Below, one piece after another: positions 1-12,539 of a stretch of DNA of 64,000 bases. How positions within the stretch are numbered: position 1 is the stretch's first letter; each line of letters starts with the position of its first letter. The notes beneath the pieces are model-generated. The model was given only the letters and a program-made list of their open reading frames with translations, was not told the DNA's origin and searched no databases. Source of the stretch: Selaginella moellendorffii (Eukaryota; Plantae; Lycopodiophyta); assembly GCF_000143415.4 (NCBI RefSeq), contig NW_003314300.1:1285014-1349013 (forward strand). Reading direction: 5' to 3'. Position numbers and translations under genes: made by a program.

Positions 1-360
1 AGCATTGGTGCCACAGCGCTCAATCGGTTCATGTATGCATCGAAGACGCTCACCGATTTCTTCCAGTCCGATCCCCCAAGACTGCTGAGGGCCCTACACT
101 TGCCTCCTGTGCCGTGGAAGTTTGGCGGAGGGCATCCACGCTTTCTTGGTGCTACTGGGATTGAACGCCATCATCAACTTCTCTCCATTAAGATTCACCA
201 AGAATCTCCTCATCCAAGCCCTGGGCGGAGCGATCATTGTAGAACTTGTCGCTGGAGAAGAGATTCCTCCATGCTCGGCTCACCTTGCGCATTTGGTCGT
301 GGGATGAGAGCGACACTCGCAGGAGGCACTGATAAGTGGCATCGTCGTCCAGCCAGGGCT
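1..360 (-). pseudogene. F-box/kelch-repeat protein pseudogene (continues beyond window start)
   Basis: Minus strand reads PG/LDDDATYQCLLRVSLSSHDQMRKVSRAWRNLFSSDKFYNDRSAQGLDEE (plant F-box motif), then kelch-like LGGSDWKKSVSVFDAYMNRLSAVAPM. Frameshifts and a TAA near 187. Confidence 0.75.
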
Positions 361-1699
361 CTACTTGCCCTAATCCAAGCTTTATATGAAGGGCTAACGA
401 TTGAGAAGATCTTCTTTCAAATAGATGTGATACGAACTCACTTCATCTGTTCATTCGAGGCTCCACAATGAATACACAGGCAAACCTCCCTAGCATGATC
501 CCAAGAGTGAAGAGACAGCACTTTCGTTGCCGGAGCCATAATCGTACAATGCCTAAGCAATCTGACAGGTCGAAAATAACGAACACAACTTAGAGCACAC
601 AAACACAAACTAAATCAGCATTGATTACCGAGACTATCGTTTGGTGAATCTCCTCTGTAGAACCATGCTCTGGGAATGTATGAGAACCAGAGTGAGGTCA
701 CTTTGACAACATTTCTCACCGTTGATTGTTTGGCCTCTGCAATAAAGAGCTTCGAACCAGTGACCAAAGGACCAGAAAATCATGTGGACTAAACACAAAA
801 AGTAAGGAAAATATAAGTTCAAAAATCGCCGCCAGCCCACGTACCTTGTCCACAAAGAGCTTCGTGATGTGATCTCCAAATCTGTTTACTTGAAGACACA
901 GCAAAAATTCCAACATGTTTAAGCTCACCTACACAAAGTGTTGGATTTTTCTGTTAAGAGAGGTTACCGCAAATGTATCCCTTTCAGATATACGTGTCAA
1001 ATATGTGTAGCACGTTTTCACCACCCTCTAGATGACAAAGCTCTAAATGCCACCAGTTATGACTATGCCTGCAAGAGAAAAAACAGAAACCAGAGTATTT
1101 TGACATCTGTGGGCAACAGCAAGCTCAAATCTGATGGTAGTATGAAAAACTTTGGTTGATAATAGAATTCACTATATAAGTATTATATTTTTAGAGCATA
1201 TACAAGTTTCTATTCACCAAAGGCTGATCCAATCTCTAAGGGCAACTACATTTACAATCCATTAAAACTTGTGACATGAACCACAATAATATTCCAAGAA
1301 TATTTCATGGTATGTGGGATTGGGAGGGTTTATTCCTTATTCATTTCATTAGTATTGTAGTAGTTGTTCTTTTAGGGATGGTAAATGAGTGGAATATAGA
1401 TTTTGATGAGAAGTATGGTGTTAGTGATGATAGTCATAACAATGAGGAAAAAACTCTCAATGGTGTTGTAATGTGGCATAGTTGCTAGATTATTAAGGTT
1501 TAGAATGTCATTAAAGAAGTTAAGAATTCCATCAATCTCATTAAGGATTTCCTCTTTCATATAGGGTTGAATCAATCTCATATCTATGATTACCATTGGT
1601 ACATTAAACATTCCATAAAGATTATGGTATTATAGAATGAAAATCATTACTAAATATTTGTAATAGCTAGGAGATTGATTCTTGGTTGGAATTATGAGA

Positions 1700-2340
1700 A
1701 AGTTGTTAGTCTTATAATTCTTACAAGGATAAAGTAAAGATTTTATTTTTTTTGACGAAGCTCATGGGCCATGCTTCTTCGTGGTGGAAGAATTACATCA
1801 AAACTACTTCTAAAACAATTTCTTAGAATGGATTTTCTACATTTCATTTGTCAAGAAGTTTGAAAAGATTGATCTTGTGAACCAGTTGCTAAAGATCAAA
1901 TAGAGGACTTTGTCTTTAGATGCATATGCCCATCAATTCCATGATCTTTGCCTTAATCTTATAGATATTTTTAATGAGCTGTTAAAGGTGCAATATTTTA
2001 TCAAAGGTTTAAGCTTAATGGATGTGCACTAGAAAGTCAAGAAGGATTTTCCAAAAATGTTGATTGATGCTATCACTAAGGCTCAAATCTTTTTGCCCAA
2101 ACCATTAGTCAACTCAGTCAACTTTGGTCAACAGGATGTCTATGGGGTAGTCAACGTGATGACTAGCCTGCCAATGTTTCATATTCAAGGAAGAAATGGC
2201 CATTACTATGTCATGGCTCAAAGCATGGAGATAGTAATGAGGCTAAGAAATTTCATTTAGACTAAAGAGAAAAGGACAAGGTAGAGGGCAATTATTTTCA
2301 TTGTCATAAGGCTAAGCATCAGAATAAAGATTATTTTGAA
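1700..2340 (+). mobile_element. Decayed Ty3/gypsy gag remnant
   Basis: Fragments HASSWWK, VKKFEK, AKDQIED, YFIKGLS and a degenerate zinc knuckle YFHCHKAKHQNKDY (2293-2334; two Cys read as Tyr, TGT>TAT). Many stops. Confidence 0.55.
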
Positions 2341-3134
2341 GGGGTCAACAAATGTTAAGGTGACTAGTGGAATTTATAAACAACATTCTTTCACGGTTAT
2401 GAGCCATAAGTTTGATATTATACAGTGGAATTGCCTACTCGAGACAAGGAGTTGTATGTTATTGTGAAGGAATAGCAACATTATTTGTATAAATTAAACT
2501 TTGTCACAAATGTAATTTCAAGTATCAAAAGTTACCTATTGGCCAGTCCTTATATACACTCTTTCTTTACTGCCATGATGGCACGAGGTTGATATTGTTG
2601 GACCCTTTATTAGTCCCTCTTGTGCTAGTGGAGTTAATTGGGCATTTCGAGTGTATTTAGGCCGGACGAGCATAAAGAAAGAATTTCTACATGCTATTAA
2701 CTAAGCATACTTAGCCCGATAAGGAGTTCCCGTCTTATTGTGTCTTGCACTGGCTAGTATTGAGATATTGGATATTAGCTTACTGTGTCTGTTAAACATT
2801 CTCGCTATCATGCCCTTTGTGTTAGTTTCATTTTGATATCAAATGGTATTTATGAAAAGTGTCTAGATTTGCTCATTTGGCATATCTACGGAATGTAGAG
2901 ATTGTCTTGAATACAATGGTGTTTGTCCCATATCCAAATTCACAATCTAAGGATATTCCATATTTAATAAGTTTCAAGCTTGTCCCAAAGACTAACTCCT
3001 GATACTAAGGGAGGCTTGGGGTGAAAGCCCAAAGTGCATGTTCCTCAAGAAGGGGAGGGTTGGGGGGGGGGGGGGGGGGAAGGGGGGGGATTCCCAATGT
3101 ATAAAAGGGATAGTCGGTAGGTCAGGCATGGCCC

Positions 3135-3234
3135 NNNNNNNNNNNNNNNNNNNNNNNNNNNNNNNNNNNNNNNNNNNNNNNNNNNNNNNNNNNNNNNNNN
3201 NNNNNNNNNNNNNNNNNNNNNNNNNNNNNNNNNN
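3135..3234. other. Assembly gap (100 N)
   Basis: Run of N shortly after a long poly-G tract. Confidence 1.
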
Positions 3235-3249
3235 GATTTCAGAATTAAA

Positions 3250-3903
3250 TAATGAAGTGATAGTGGAGGGGATCTGATATCCTTTGAATAAGGTCAAAGT
3301 CATTGGTAGCATGTGTGCTCATCGTGAAAGAAGAATAGAATTGTAGGCTTTGAGGGCATCTGTTGGGATCACTGTGTTTTGTTGTTATAGGAATGTGGGA
3401 TTGGGTAAAACATCTTCCCATGTCTAGTCTCCTGTCTGCATCAGGTTTAATTGGCTCTCAGAAATTAGTTGCTAAGTGTCCTAATGTTACCTATACTTGT
3501 TGCATCGAGATATTTCATTAAGTTTAGTATGTTAGATTTTTCTACTTCTTGTTGTATCTATTGCTTCTGGTGATGATGAATAAAGTGATGTAATGGGATC
3601 TCTAAAACCATGTGTGCATAGTGAGAAAAGTGAAGAAACAATCCAACTTTTACTTAAGTTTGGAGAACTGTCCACTAACACGAGGAGCTAAGAGAGAACC
3701 AAGAACTAGCCACTTTTCTGTACTCCTTGTGTAAGGTGTAGCAAATGCCTAGTTGTGGGATAAACTGTTTGTGGTGGTAAAACACCTGCCACAAGCTTTA
3801 AGACACACAAGAAAATGCTCATAAATGCCTTAACACTTGCTCTATACTTAGGAATTTATCTCCTCTTGACCAATGCCGCTCAAACCAAGTTGAAACAAAT
3901 AAA
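3250..3903 (+). repeat. Near-perfect ~650-bp direct duplicate of 10237-10891
   Basis: Identical by eye except a 1-bp indel near the end (GACCAATGCC vs GACCAAATGCC). Abuts the gap. Confidence 0.9.
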
Positions 3904-6900
3904 TAGGGGCTGTGGGGCGTTCCAAATGTATAGTGGGGATAATGGGTAGGTCAGGCATGGCCAACGAACCTGAGGCATGGTTTAGCTCCCACTTGCATGC
4001 TTGTCTTTGTTCTAAGTCTAGCTTGGGTCTAAGCCCAAGTTCCACACCATGGTAGCTAATGGAGTACCCATATCCTTGTATTAGGCCACTCGTATGCTAA
4101 AATAGCGCCAAACTCCATTTAACTTCGTTTTGCACGCTAATCTTAGCATTGGGATGCGAGATGTTTTAGAACTGTTCCAAGTTTCTCTATACTCTTGTCT
4201 CTTTGCTCCCTAGGCTAAATGTTTAGGAGTCGCTTCATGCTTTGGTTCCTTCACTAGTTAGCTCCATACTTGGGAGTTTGGCTCTGTTCCTTCATTCAAT
4301 GGCATAAGGCTTTGAAATTTGGGTTCTGCTTTACTATCCTTGGGATACGTGGCATGTGACATATGGCACATAGAGAGTTTAAGTTCTGTTTCGTGGTTAT
4401 CCTATGGTGAATCACCATAAGATAAAAGGTAAGAACCAGATGCGCTACATTTGGTATCAAAGGATACGTCTCAGCAAGTACTATCCTATAAGATTGGGCA
4501 AATAGTCTCATTGCATATGTAGAAATGAAAACGATGATCTAAGTGGGTACATGTTTAAGTGTTATGACTTCGCATTCATTCCTTGGGTATGGATTTGGTT
4601 ACCTTTTTGTATCATATTGTATGAACTTGCTCTTGGGCTTATAAAATGGATATGAGATGTTTCGTTGGCACGAGTTTGCACTTGGGGCGAGTGAGTGAGG
4701 CACATTAGCAACTCAAAGTTATATTTTGAGTTAACAAAATGGATTTAAAGTGTACCATTTTGCACAAGTTTGCATTTGGGTTTGTGAGTGAGACACATTA
4801 GCAACTTAAAGTTACAATTTTTCTTAGACCTTTTCAATGGCTGATCAATAATCATTTTGTTCGAAAACCATTTTGTTTTCAAAAGCCATTACTAACTAGT
4901 GAAAGGGTTAGAGTTGATTTTGGTTAATTTAGACCTTAATAAATAGTTTATATGATACGACCTGAAAGGGATATTGACTATTGAGACTAAGGTAATTGAG
5001 TTGGATAAAGTTTGAAGTTAATGTAGAAAAGTGGCTATTACGCTTTTCTAAGAAGGGTGACTCTTGTGCCTTTCTTCTGTAATGTTATGTTTAGTGGTAG
5101 GTTACACTTTGCATTTTGTTAAACTCTATAAGAGTAGTGAACTCTCACTGATCCTGATTTGGTTTTGGTAGCTTTGTGCCTTGGTTGAGGATGGTGATGT
5201 CCAACTTAGTTGTTTGTAGTTGAAATGTTGGTACCATATTATGGTTTTGTCTATGAAGAGGTTGTGTACCGATATAAATCCATCTCATGGTCTTCACTTT
5301 AGTTTCGACGAAGTGTTGATTGTGCATAACTAACCTCTTCAAGGCATGCTCAGAGCTGTTGGCTAAACGCATTAGTGAGCTTATTAAAGTTGAGTTGGAT
5401 TCAAGTGGTCATTTAATTTGTGCTTGTCCATGAACCTTTATTTCATACCTAGGTATTACATTCATGTTAGACAAATATATGACTCAATGATGTGAGTTTA
5501 GTGTATAGGTCTTATAAAAGCAAGTTAAAAGAGTGATTGTTAGCTAGTTTGCAATTAGTGATTGCTAGTAGACTTTGTTGAGGACTGTTGACACTTGCTT
5601 CGCTTGATAAAGATTTAGCAGTGATGGGTTTACTTTATCAAATGGTGTTGTAAAGGATCGTGTCATAGGGTTGCATAGTTTTTCTATGTTGGTATATTGA
5701 TTCCACCTTTCTCAATATTATTTGGTTGTGTTTAGTTTGTAGTGTTGGATTACATGGAGTCTTGGACACAGTGATTCACTTCTTGATGAGGTGTTACCTG
5801 TAACTAAGTATTATTGAAGAATTGATCTAAGATATTGAGTAAGGTATCTTCGACTTTAGTTAGTTTGGTTGCTAAAGAGTTTGGGTGGTAATTCACTCTT
5901 GTTTTCTATTAGCTTTGTTATGGTATTGATGGCGTTGAAGTGATGCTTTGTTATTGACATTATTGAAGTTGAGATTCAAGTGAAATGAAATGTCTCTCCT
6001 TAAGATTGATAATAAGTTTCATTAATCTCGATGCAAATAATCTTGGGTGTAGCTTTATATTATTGGTGTTTGTGCATTTGCTAGTTAATAACTATGTTGG
6101 CATTCAAATGAGTTAAGTGGCAAGTTGAGTTAGTTGTGTTCTAGATGAAATTGTTTAGTAAAGGTTGAGCTTTAGCTTTTCCTTGAAAAGTGATTTAGTC
6201 ATGAACTATACTAGCTTTACGAGAGGAAGAGTTAGTGATTGATAAAGTGAGTTACATCTTACTATAAATGGATTCATAGAGGATCGGTTCGGTAGTCACT
6301 TATTGAGTATATCTTTGTTATGCTTAGCTTTTGGATTGATGCAAAAATGCTCTTTATTAACTTTGGCATTTTGAAGTTTAACTTATGGATGTTGACTAGT
6401 CACATCACTCACTTCTTTGTCAATGTTCCTTATGTCATTAAAAAAGGCATAACCGTGTAAACAACTCTAATTGCCTATTTAGAGTAGTCTATCTAAACCT
6501 TACCAATAAGTTTGGTTTTTTTGCTCAAGAGGGTTGGGGCCTTTGGCTTTTCTCTCTATGTCCTTGCGAACAAGAGTGTATCACATTTTTGTAAGCTGGG
6601 TGACACCCAAAGTAACAAAGGTGGCTAACTCCATTAGTCATTTCTTTATTAGTGATGGCCAGAAGATGTCTGAGTTGGTAGCACATTTACGTTAGACAAA
6701 GAGGTTACCCTAACTTATTTAAGTTAGTGCATTTCTCACAAAGTGTGAATACCGTGAACCTTTTTTAGAGTTGTTTCCTTGCCGGTTAGGTTGGGTCAAG
6801 CATGGCTAGCCAACATAAGGCATAATCCAACTCCTGCTTGCATATTTATCCTTATTCTGCATCTGGCTTGGGTCTAAGCCCAAGTTCCACACCATGTTAG

Positions 6901-7290
6901 TTGGTGGAGTAGTACCCATATCCTCGTATTAAGCCACCAATATATTGAAATAATGCCAAACTCTATTTGGCTCTGTTTTGCATATTAGTCCTAGCATTAG
7001 GATGTAGGATGTTCTAAGACTATTCCAAGTTACTCCGTACTCCTGTCCCTTCATTCCTTGGGCTGAATGCTCAAAAGTCATTTCGTGCTCTAATTCCTTC
7101 CCTCTTTGGTTCCATACTTAGGAGTTTGGCTCCATTCCTTCATTCAGTGGCCCAAGGCTTTGAAACTTAAATTTTTCTCCACTGTCCTTGGGACACGTGG
7201 CATGTGGCACATAAAGGGTTTAGGTACCACGTTGTAGTTATTATATGGTGAATCACCATAGGATAAAAGGTAAAAACCACGTGCGCTACA

Positions 7291-10200
7291 CTCTACCCTA
7301 CTTTGGCTTTCACCCTAGTCCCAAGAGTTACTCTCATGAAAACTTACTAATAGATGGCACTAGATTGTCAATTTGGACATAGGAATAACACCATTGTGAT
7401 CTCTATATTCTGTAGATATGCTCAACTAGTAAATTTAGATACTTTTAATAAATAGTAAATAGGAGCAAATGGAATCAATACATGGGGCATAATAACGAGG
7501 GTGTTTGGCAAATACAATAAACTATTATTTAGCAAGTATTGAGGGATCAAGCTTATTATTGCAACAATAAGGTTCTAGCAAGTGCAAGCTAACAATATAA
7601 GTTTCTCATCATTGTATAAGTATATTTGACAAAATAACAATTTAGGATTTCCTTCTTTAGTGCCCTTTCAATCTAAGTGCATATGTGATAACTGGTTTCT
7701 CAACTAGCTCAGGCGAAGATTGATGATAAATTCAATAATACTAACTTCTTGTTGTTATGGCAGTAAGGAAAGAACTCACTGATATATAACTCTCGATACC
7801 CATAGTCACATTTACAACACTTTTCCCCCCTTAGAGAAGGTCAACATCCTTGTCGATGCATACTTTAATCTAGACTACCACCAAGAAAAAACAACTCTAA
7901 AAAAAATTCACAGTATTTATACTTTATGAGAAATACACCAACTTAAATGAGTTAAGGGGCAATCTCTCTATTTAACGCAAATATGCTATAGCTTAAACAC
8001 TTTTCAGCCATCACTGACAAGGAAATGTTCAACAAAGTTAATCACCCTTACTACTCTAGGTGTCACTCAGCTTACAAAAGATGATATGCCTTTGCTTGCA
8101 AGTGACATAGAGAGAGAAGCCAAAGGCCCCAACCTTCATAAGTAAATAAACCAAACCTAGGTTTATTCTATTAAAAGTGCATGACCATATAAACAATTCT
8201 AATAGCCTATTTATAGTATAGTAATCTATTTTAGGAACATCATCTTATAAACTTAACTCACTTTATAATAAGAGCAATAAGATTCATCAATAATCAATAT
8301 AATTCTAATTTAAATCCAACAAAGATCCAAGACTCTTATCAATCACTAACTCTTGCTAAACTAGCATAGTCCATGACTAAAATCACTTTTCAAGAAAAGA
8401 AAAAACTCAACCCCTACTGAACAATCTCAACTAGAATATAATTAACCCAACTTGCTACTTAGTTTGTTTGAATGCTAATACAGTTGCTAACTAGCAAGTG
8501 TATAAATGCCAATGATATAAAAGTATAGCAACTATCAATACATTTCAAGGAGGAGTCTCTAAAAATCTAAGGTTTTAAAGAAGAGGTATTTTAATAGTGA
8601 TATTTTTTCTTAAAAATAACTTTATTTCAGAAATAAAATTCATAAGATTCTATATATTACAAAAGTATATATTTCTTGATAAGTATTATTAATCTAAGAA
8701 TTTAGATATATTCATATTTTGTTTTTGGAACACAATGAGTAAGAAGATGTTATATGTATTAATTTTTTTTCAAAATTCAAGATTCTCTTTTGAAAATAAA
8801 ATATATTTAATTTAAAATATTTTAACTGTGAAATAAATTTTATTTAAATATCCTAATATCAATGATTAGATAATTTATAGTCCTTCTAAAATTTTAATTA
8901 ACTTTATTAGAGCACAAGTTCTCTACCTATATTATCATTCCTAAAAGGCATGCTTCTCACTTATTGTGATTAGGAAGAATATAAGTTCTTCATTTGAGTT
9001 TTTTTATCATTCTAAATATGTATAATATATAAAATTATCTTCTATATATTTTTTCTAAACTAACAAACCTTTAAAATAAGAAAATTCATATACATATGAG
9101 TTTTTCTATTTATATACTTAGTTTTTATATGTAGTATTTTTACCTTCTTCCAATGTATAAATTGGTAACTAAAATCCATACTCAAGGGACACAAGCAAAG
9201 TCATAACACCTAAAATGTGTACCCACTCAAATCATTGTTTCCATCTTTGCATATATAATGATACTAGTTGCCCAATCTCATTGAATAGTACTCACTAAGA
9301 CTTATGCTTTGATATAAAAATATAGCGAACATGGTTATCACCCTTTACTCTATCGTGATTTTCCATAAAATAACTATAGAGTGAAACATAAACCCTTGGC
9401 CACGTGTCCAGATGCAATAGAGAAAAACCCAAATTTTAGAATCTTAGGCCACTAAACAAAAAGACAGAGCTAAACTCTCAAGTATAAAGCTAAAGAATGA
9501 AGCCCATTATCCCTACTATACATTTAAAACCCCCACATCACCCCCACCCACATCACTCTAAAATCCTACTCAAATATATCTCTTGTGTGACTCCCTTGCT
9601 CTAGAAAAAGGGGAAGAAGGGGAATATACCTTTGTGCCCTAGCATCTTCTCATGCCCCTAGAATATTCTAACAATGAAATATTCTAGGGAATCTCACTCT
9701 AAGCTCTGCAGCCAAAGGGAATGCACTAGCTCTGTCATGTGTAAGAACCTATGGCCAAAGTGCTGGTGAAAACTTCAAGGTGATGCCTTGTGTTGGCAAC
9801 TACTACAAGGAGAAGAGACTAAAGAAAAACAAAGAAAAGAGAAAAAGAAGAAAGCGAGTATGGAGTTCTAGAGTCAAGGGGAAACCACATGGGAAAAATT
9901 GATAACAAAAATAGATAGTAGAACAAAGGAGACAAAGTGGAAAAAAGAAAAGTGAAAATGAAATAAAGAAAAGAAAAGAAAAGAAAAAGAGAAAAACAAA
10001 AGAAAAATAGAAAAAAGAAGATGGAAATATGAAACTAAGTAGGAAAACCACTTACTTGGACTTCAACTTAAGGCCTTCTCACCTTTGGAAAGTGCCTCAA
10101 ACATAGCTCAATTGCTCTTAAAGTTCCAAAAGAATGAAGTGATAAAAATAATATGTTGCATGGGAATGGTAATTGCAAGAATGATGGAATATGGCAGCCT

Positions 10201-12290
10201 AATAGATGAATGGTGGAAGACAGTGATGGCCGATTGTAATGAAGTGATAGTGGAGGGGATCTGATATCCTTTGAATAAGGTCAAAGTCATTGGTAGCATG
10301 TGTGCTCATCGTGAAAGAAGAATAGAATTGTAGGCTTTGAGGGCATCTGTTGGGATCACTGTGTTTTGTTGTTATAGGAATGTGGGATTGGGTAAAACAT
10401 CTTCCCATGTCTAGTCTCCTGTCTGCATCAGGTTTAATTGGCTCTCAGAAATTAGTTGCTAAGTGTCCTAATGTTACCTATACTTGTTGCATCGAGATAT
10501 TTCATTAAGTTTAGTATGTTAGATTTTTCTACTTCTTGTTGTATCTATTGCTTCTGGTGATGATGAATAAAGTGATGTAATGGGATCTCTAAAACCATGT
10601 GTGCATAGTGAGAAAAGTGAAGAAACAATCCAACTTTTACTTAAGTTTGGAGAACTGTCCACTAACACGAGGAGCTAAGAGAGAACCAAGAACTAGCCAC
10701 TTTTCTGTACTCCTTGTGTAAGGTGTAGCAAATGCCTAGTTGTGGGATAAACTGTTTGTGGTGGTAAAACACCTGCCACAAGCTTTAAGACACACAAGAA
10801 AATGCTCATAAATGCCTTAACACTTGCTCTATACTTAGGAATTTATCTCCTCTTGACCAAATGCCGCTCAAACCAAGTTGAAACAAATAAAGTGGAAGGG
10901 GTACTTACACATAAACACTTTTCTGAGCTTTGAAACAAAGTTTATAATAAAATATTTGTGGCAAAATCAAAGAAAGAATAAAATCTTTTTTCACAACCTA
11001 AACAAGAAAACACCTTGGAAAAAAATATGTTCAAACTCCTGATCTAGAGTAGGAAAATTGATGGGATTAAATGCAAATGAAACTTAGGATTATGCGGAAT
11101 TTTTTTCTAGAAGTAACCTTCACAAAAAACTCAAAAAGATTCACTCAATTCTTTCAACCATGGCAAGTACTTACCTCAAAAGAAAAATATAACAAATCTT
11201 AAAGCATAAAACTCCTAAAATTACATTCTTGGGCTTGGGAAAAAACTTTTCACCTCCTCTATAGCTCCATGTAGAAAAAGATTGGAAATTTCCTTTTAGG
11301 AGCTGAAAAAGGTAAGAAGCTCAAAAACCTTTCCCTACACTCAAAATAAATAAACTTGAAAAATTGCTCTAAGTCATTCCAAATTGACTCAAATCTCGCA
11401 TACAAACCCTGTAAATAAAGCTCATGAGTAAATTTATCCAAAGAGCCCAAAAAATTATTGAAATGGTGGTGTATCCAACTCATGCCAAGCTTCTAAAGTT
11501 ACTGTTATGCACACTACGAAGAAATGGAAGATACATGTGTTGATTCTTGCATTAAATCCAAAAATTCTTAATATTAAACCACATACCTCAACAAGATCTA
11601 CAAACCCATAATCATCATTTCTCAAATTGATTCCCCAATGAGCCATGAAAAGAAGAAAATTGACTTATTTTGTCCTAAAAGAAAGAAAACTCAAAAAATC
11701 TTTAACATTTAAGCATGGTACTTAGAATTTTTCAGATGGAAACATTCCTCCTTGCTTATAAGATCTCTTCAATATCAACACCATCACCAAAATTCATATT
11801 TCTCAAGCATTTGCTCCAAAACCCCAAGAAAAACGAAAAAACCAAGAGGAGGATTAGATAGAAAGCAATCCTCCCTAATAGAGTTGCCAGATGTTGAAAG
11901 GAATGCCTCTCAACAGTGGGGAAAACACTCTCTCATTCTTTAAAATTTTGCTTAAACATACTTTTTATGTGAACTCCTTTGCTCTAGAAAATGAGGAAGA
12001 AGAACATCTCCTCACAACTTTATAATATTCTAGGGAATCTCACTTAAAGCAGTTGGTAGAATTGCTTGATGCTATGCGATTGCAATTGAACAATCAAACT
12101 CAAACCATCTACTAATAAGAACAATACTATTGTGTTCAAGACACTTTTTATAATAAATGAATATGCCTCACTTGCAGATCCAAACACTTACTATAAATAG
12201 CATATGGAACCACAATAAGACCAACACATAGGGTATGATAATGAGGGTGTTTAGCAGGCATAGTAAGTTATTATCTAGTAAGTGTTGAAG
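7291..12290 (-). mobile_element. Highly degenerate third copy of the same LTR family with nested insertions
   Basis: LTR piece ending TTTACAACA at 7819 followed by PPT complement CTTTTCCCCCCT. Internal homology to ~8520 and at 9160-9316. Decayed PBS, then LTR start at 9321 that breaks at ~9560 and resumes at ~12100-12290. Confidence 0.6.
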
Positions 12291-12539
12291 GATTATAGAT
12301 GAACTAATCATGAAGAGGAAAATCCCGTTGGAGATGTTGTAAAAAGGAGTTGAAGTTGAGTCAAGAGAGGAATAGTTTGGGCCTAATGCTACACCATAAC
12401 ATATTATTAAGATTGAGAATTAAATCTATAAATTAAAGAAGGAGAATAAAAAGAGAAAGAAAGAAGTAGAGGTACTTAAAGCAACTAAACTTAAGCATCT
12501 AGACTCTTCTTCAAGTTTTCAGGATAATGAAATTTTATA

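Larger units (their letters stand above)
2502..7290 (+). mobile_element. Older deleted copy of the non-autonomous LTR family seen at 55830-63100 (opposite orientation)
   Basis: Starts TGTCACAAATG (reverse complement of the young LTR end, with CpG decay). 5' LTR ends TGCGCTACA at 4449, PBS-like TGGTATCAAAG at 4452-4462, shortened internal region, partial 3' LTR ending GTGCGCTACA at 7290. No matching TSD. Confidence 0.8.

Noticed and set aside
8520-9150. Possible LINE RT remnant on the minus strand
   Set aside because: Too decayed to support by eye.
9803-10051. Phe-rich 82-aa ORF
   Set aside because: Translation of a low-complexity purine tract.
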